Positions 43,401-64,000 of a DNA stretch of 64,000 bases are shown piece after piece (position 1 is the stretch's first letter; every line of letters begins with the position of its first letter). The stretch lies in assembly GCF_009914755.1 (NCBI RefSeq), contig NC_060934.1, one strand, 5' to 3'. This DNA comes from the human T2T-CHM13v2.0 reference genome, Homo sapiens. The position numbers and the translations under genes are program-made. Under the pieces are notes generated by a model, which was not told the origin of the DNA, searched no databases, and worked only from the letters and a program-made list of their open reading frames with translations.

Positions 43401-44645
43401 ACTCATTCCAAATATAGAACCAGTTAAGTTTGCATGCTCCCTTCTGTTGAAGAAATATCAAGGGGTTTCCTGTCTTGGCACTACTTAGCAGCAGCTGCGG
43501 CTATGTATCCACTTGACATCTGGTGAAATTGTAGTTTTTGATGGAGGAACATTTAAAGTTGACAACTGTCATTGAAACAACTGGTATATAGTTTTCAAAG
43601 ACAAGCTAGAAACCAGTAATAGACTAAGTACTTCAATTTTGTTAAAAGAAACTGGGTAAAGGGTTCAAGTTATATAAGATAGGGAAGTCTGGTTTTCCAG
43701 GTAAAGGTTCTCTCTCTTTTTCTGTTGGAGATGTCATTCATCAACATAACGAAGCCTAAATTTAAAAGACTAAGACAAAATATTTACAAATCACATAAAA
43801 GTGAGGAAACAGCAAAATTAGTAGTCATTAGGAGAAAGCCAGGGAAGACAGGACATTCATCACATCCTTTCCTCATCTGCTTTCCTCACTGAGTCTCTGA
43901 GTGCTCATTAAATGCTTTCAATACAGTGTAATTAAGTGTGTGAACATGGTTGTCATGCTCCTCCAGGAATCTTGAAACCAGGAATGCCAGGTATATAACA
44001 GCGGGTTACAAAAGAAAACACGGATTCCTAAATCAGTGTTTTACTGTCAGTGCAGTGTTAAATGTCAATGCAACACTTAAGTTGCATTGACATTCATGTG
44101 TTGATCGGATTGTACAATGTGACGTGTGAGATTTCTCGGGACCGTCGAAGCTCAGACAACTCCAGGGCTGCAATTTACTCGTCTGGCTGCCCTCGAACCA
44201 GGCTCCCTTGGCGCGTGGGGCTCTCCCGGCGCTTGGTCCCGACCCGCGCCGCAGTCAGGATACCACGGCAATCTGGGGTCGCTTTGTAAGGAGCTCCGAC
44301 CTCCGGGCAGTGCAGGGATACTCGACGGCGCGCGATGTCCCGGCGGCTCCGCGAGCCTGGCGCGCTGAGAGCCCCAGCAGTCCGAGTCCTCGAGCTCGGG
44401 CGTCTTCGCGCCGCCGCCCCGCTCAGTGCGCCCAGGCACCGCGGCCGTGACGTCACGCCCGGGACTGGCCGTTGCAGCAAGACGGCCGCGTTCCGGTTCC
44501 GGTAGGTTGCCCGGGAGACGCGGGTACACAGAGAAGCGGCTCCCGTCGGAGGCCGAGTCGTCGCCACGATCGCCCCCTTGGTGGACTCGCAGGCCGAGCG
44601 GCTTCCCCGCAGAGCTCGAGGAGGGCAGACGGCGGCGGGGGCGCC

Positions 44646-64000
<19,355 letters not shown>

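Overview
Human (or closely related primate) genomic DNA that I recognise as the chr10p12 COMMD3-BMI1-SPAG6 locus, with all three genes on the + strand. COMMD3 has 8 coding exons (15452-19032, 195 aa). BMI1 has a non-coding exon 1 (~20244-20730) and 9 coding exons (25484-28576, 326 aa). SPAG6 contributes coding exons 1-2 (44646-44852) and the start of exon 3 (63896 to the window end). Exon boundaries were rebuilt by hand from GT-AG sites and frame continuity. There are six CpG islands, two of which lie between BMI1 and SPAG6 with no recognisable coding gene. The flanks carry many Alu, L1, MIR and L2 copies, while the central ~35 kb has no Alu. Main observations: COMMD3 exon 7 is open in two frames and allows an in-frame COMMD3-BMI1 fusion; RFX X-boxes recur across three CpG islands; SPAG6 intron 2 holds a phase-compatible alternative exon; the BMI1 leader has a uORF array with a stop-interrupted Glu-rich frame; 23 nt of BMI1 exon 2 are duplicated exactly in intron 3; and there are several hairpins, a (TTC)25 repeat and a tailless U2 retrocopy. 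I found no prokaryotic-type system such as CRISPR, operons or IS elements. Most ORF-track entries are GC-rich or repeat-derived artefacts.
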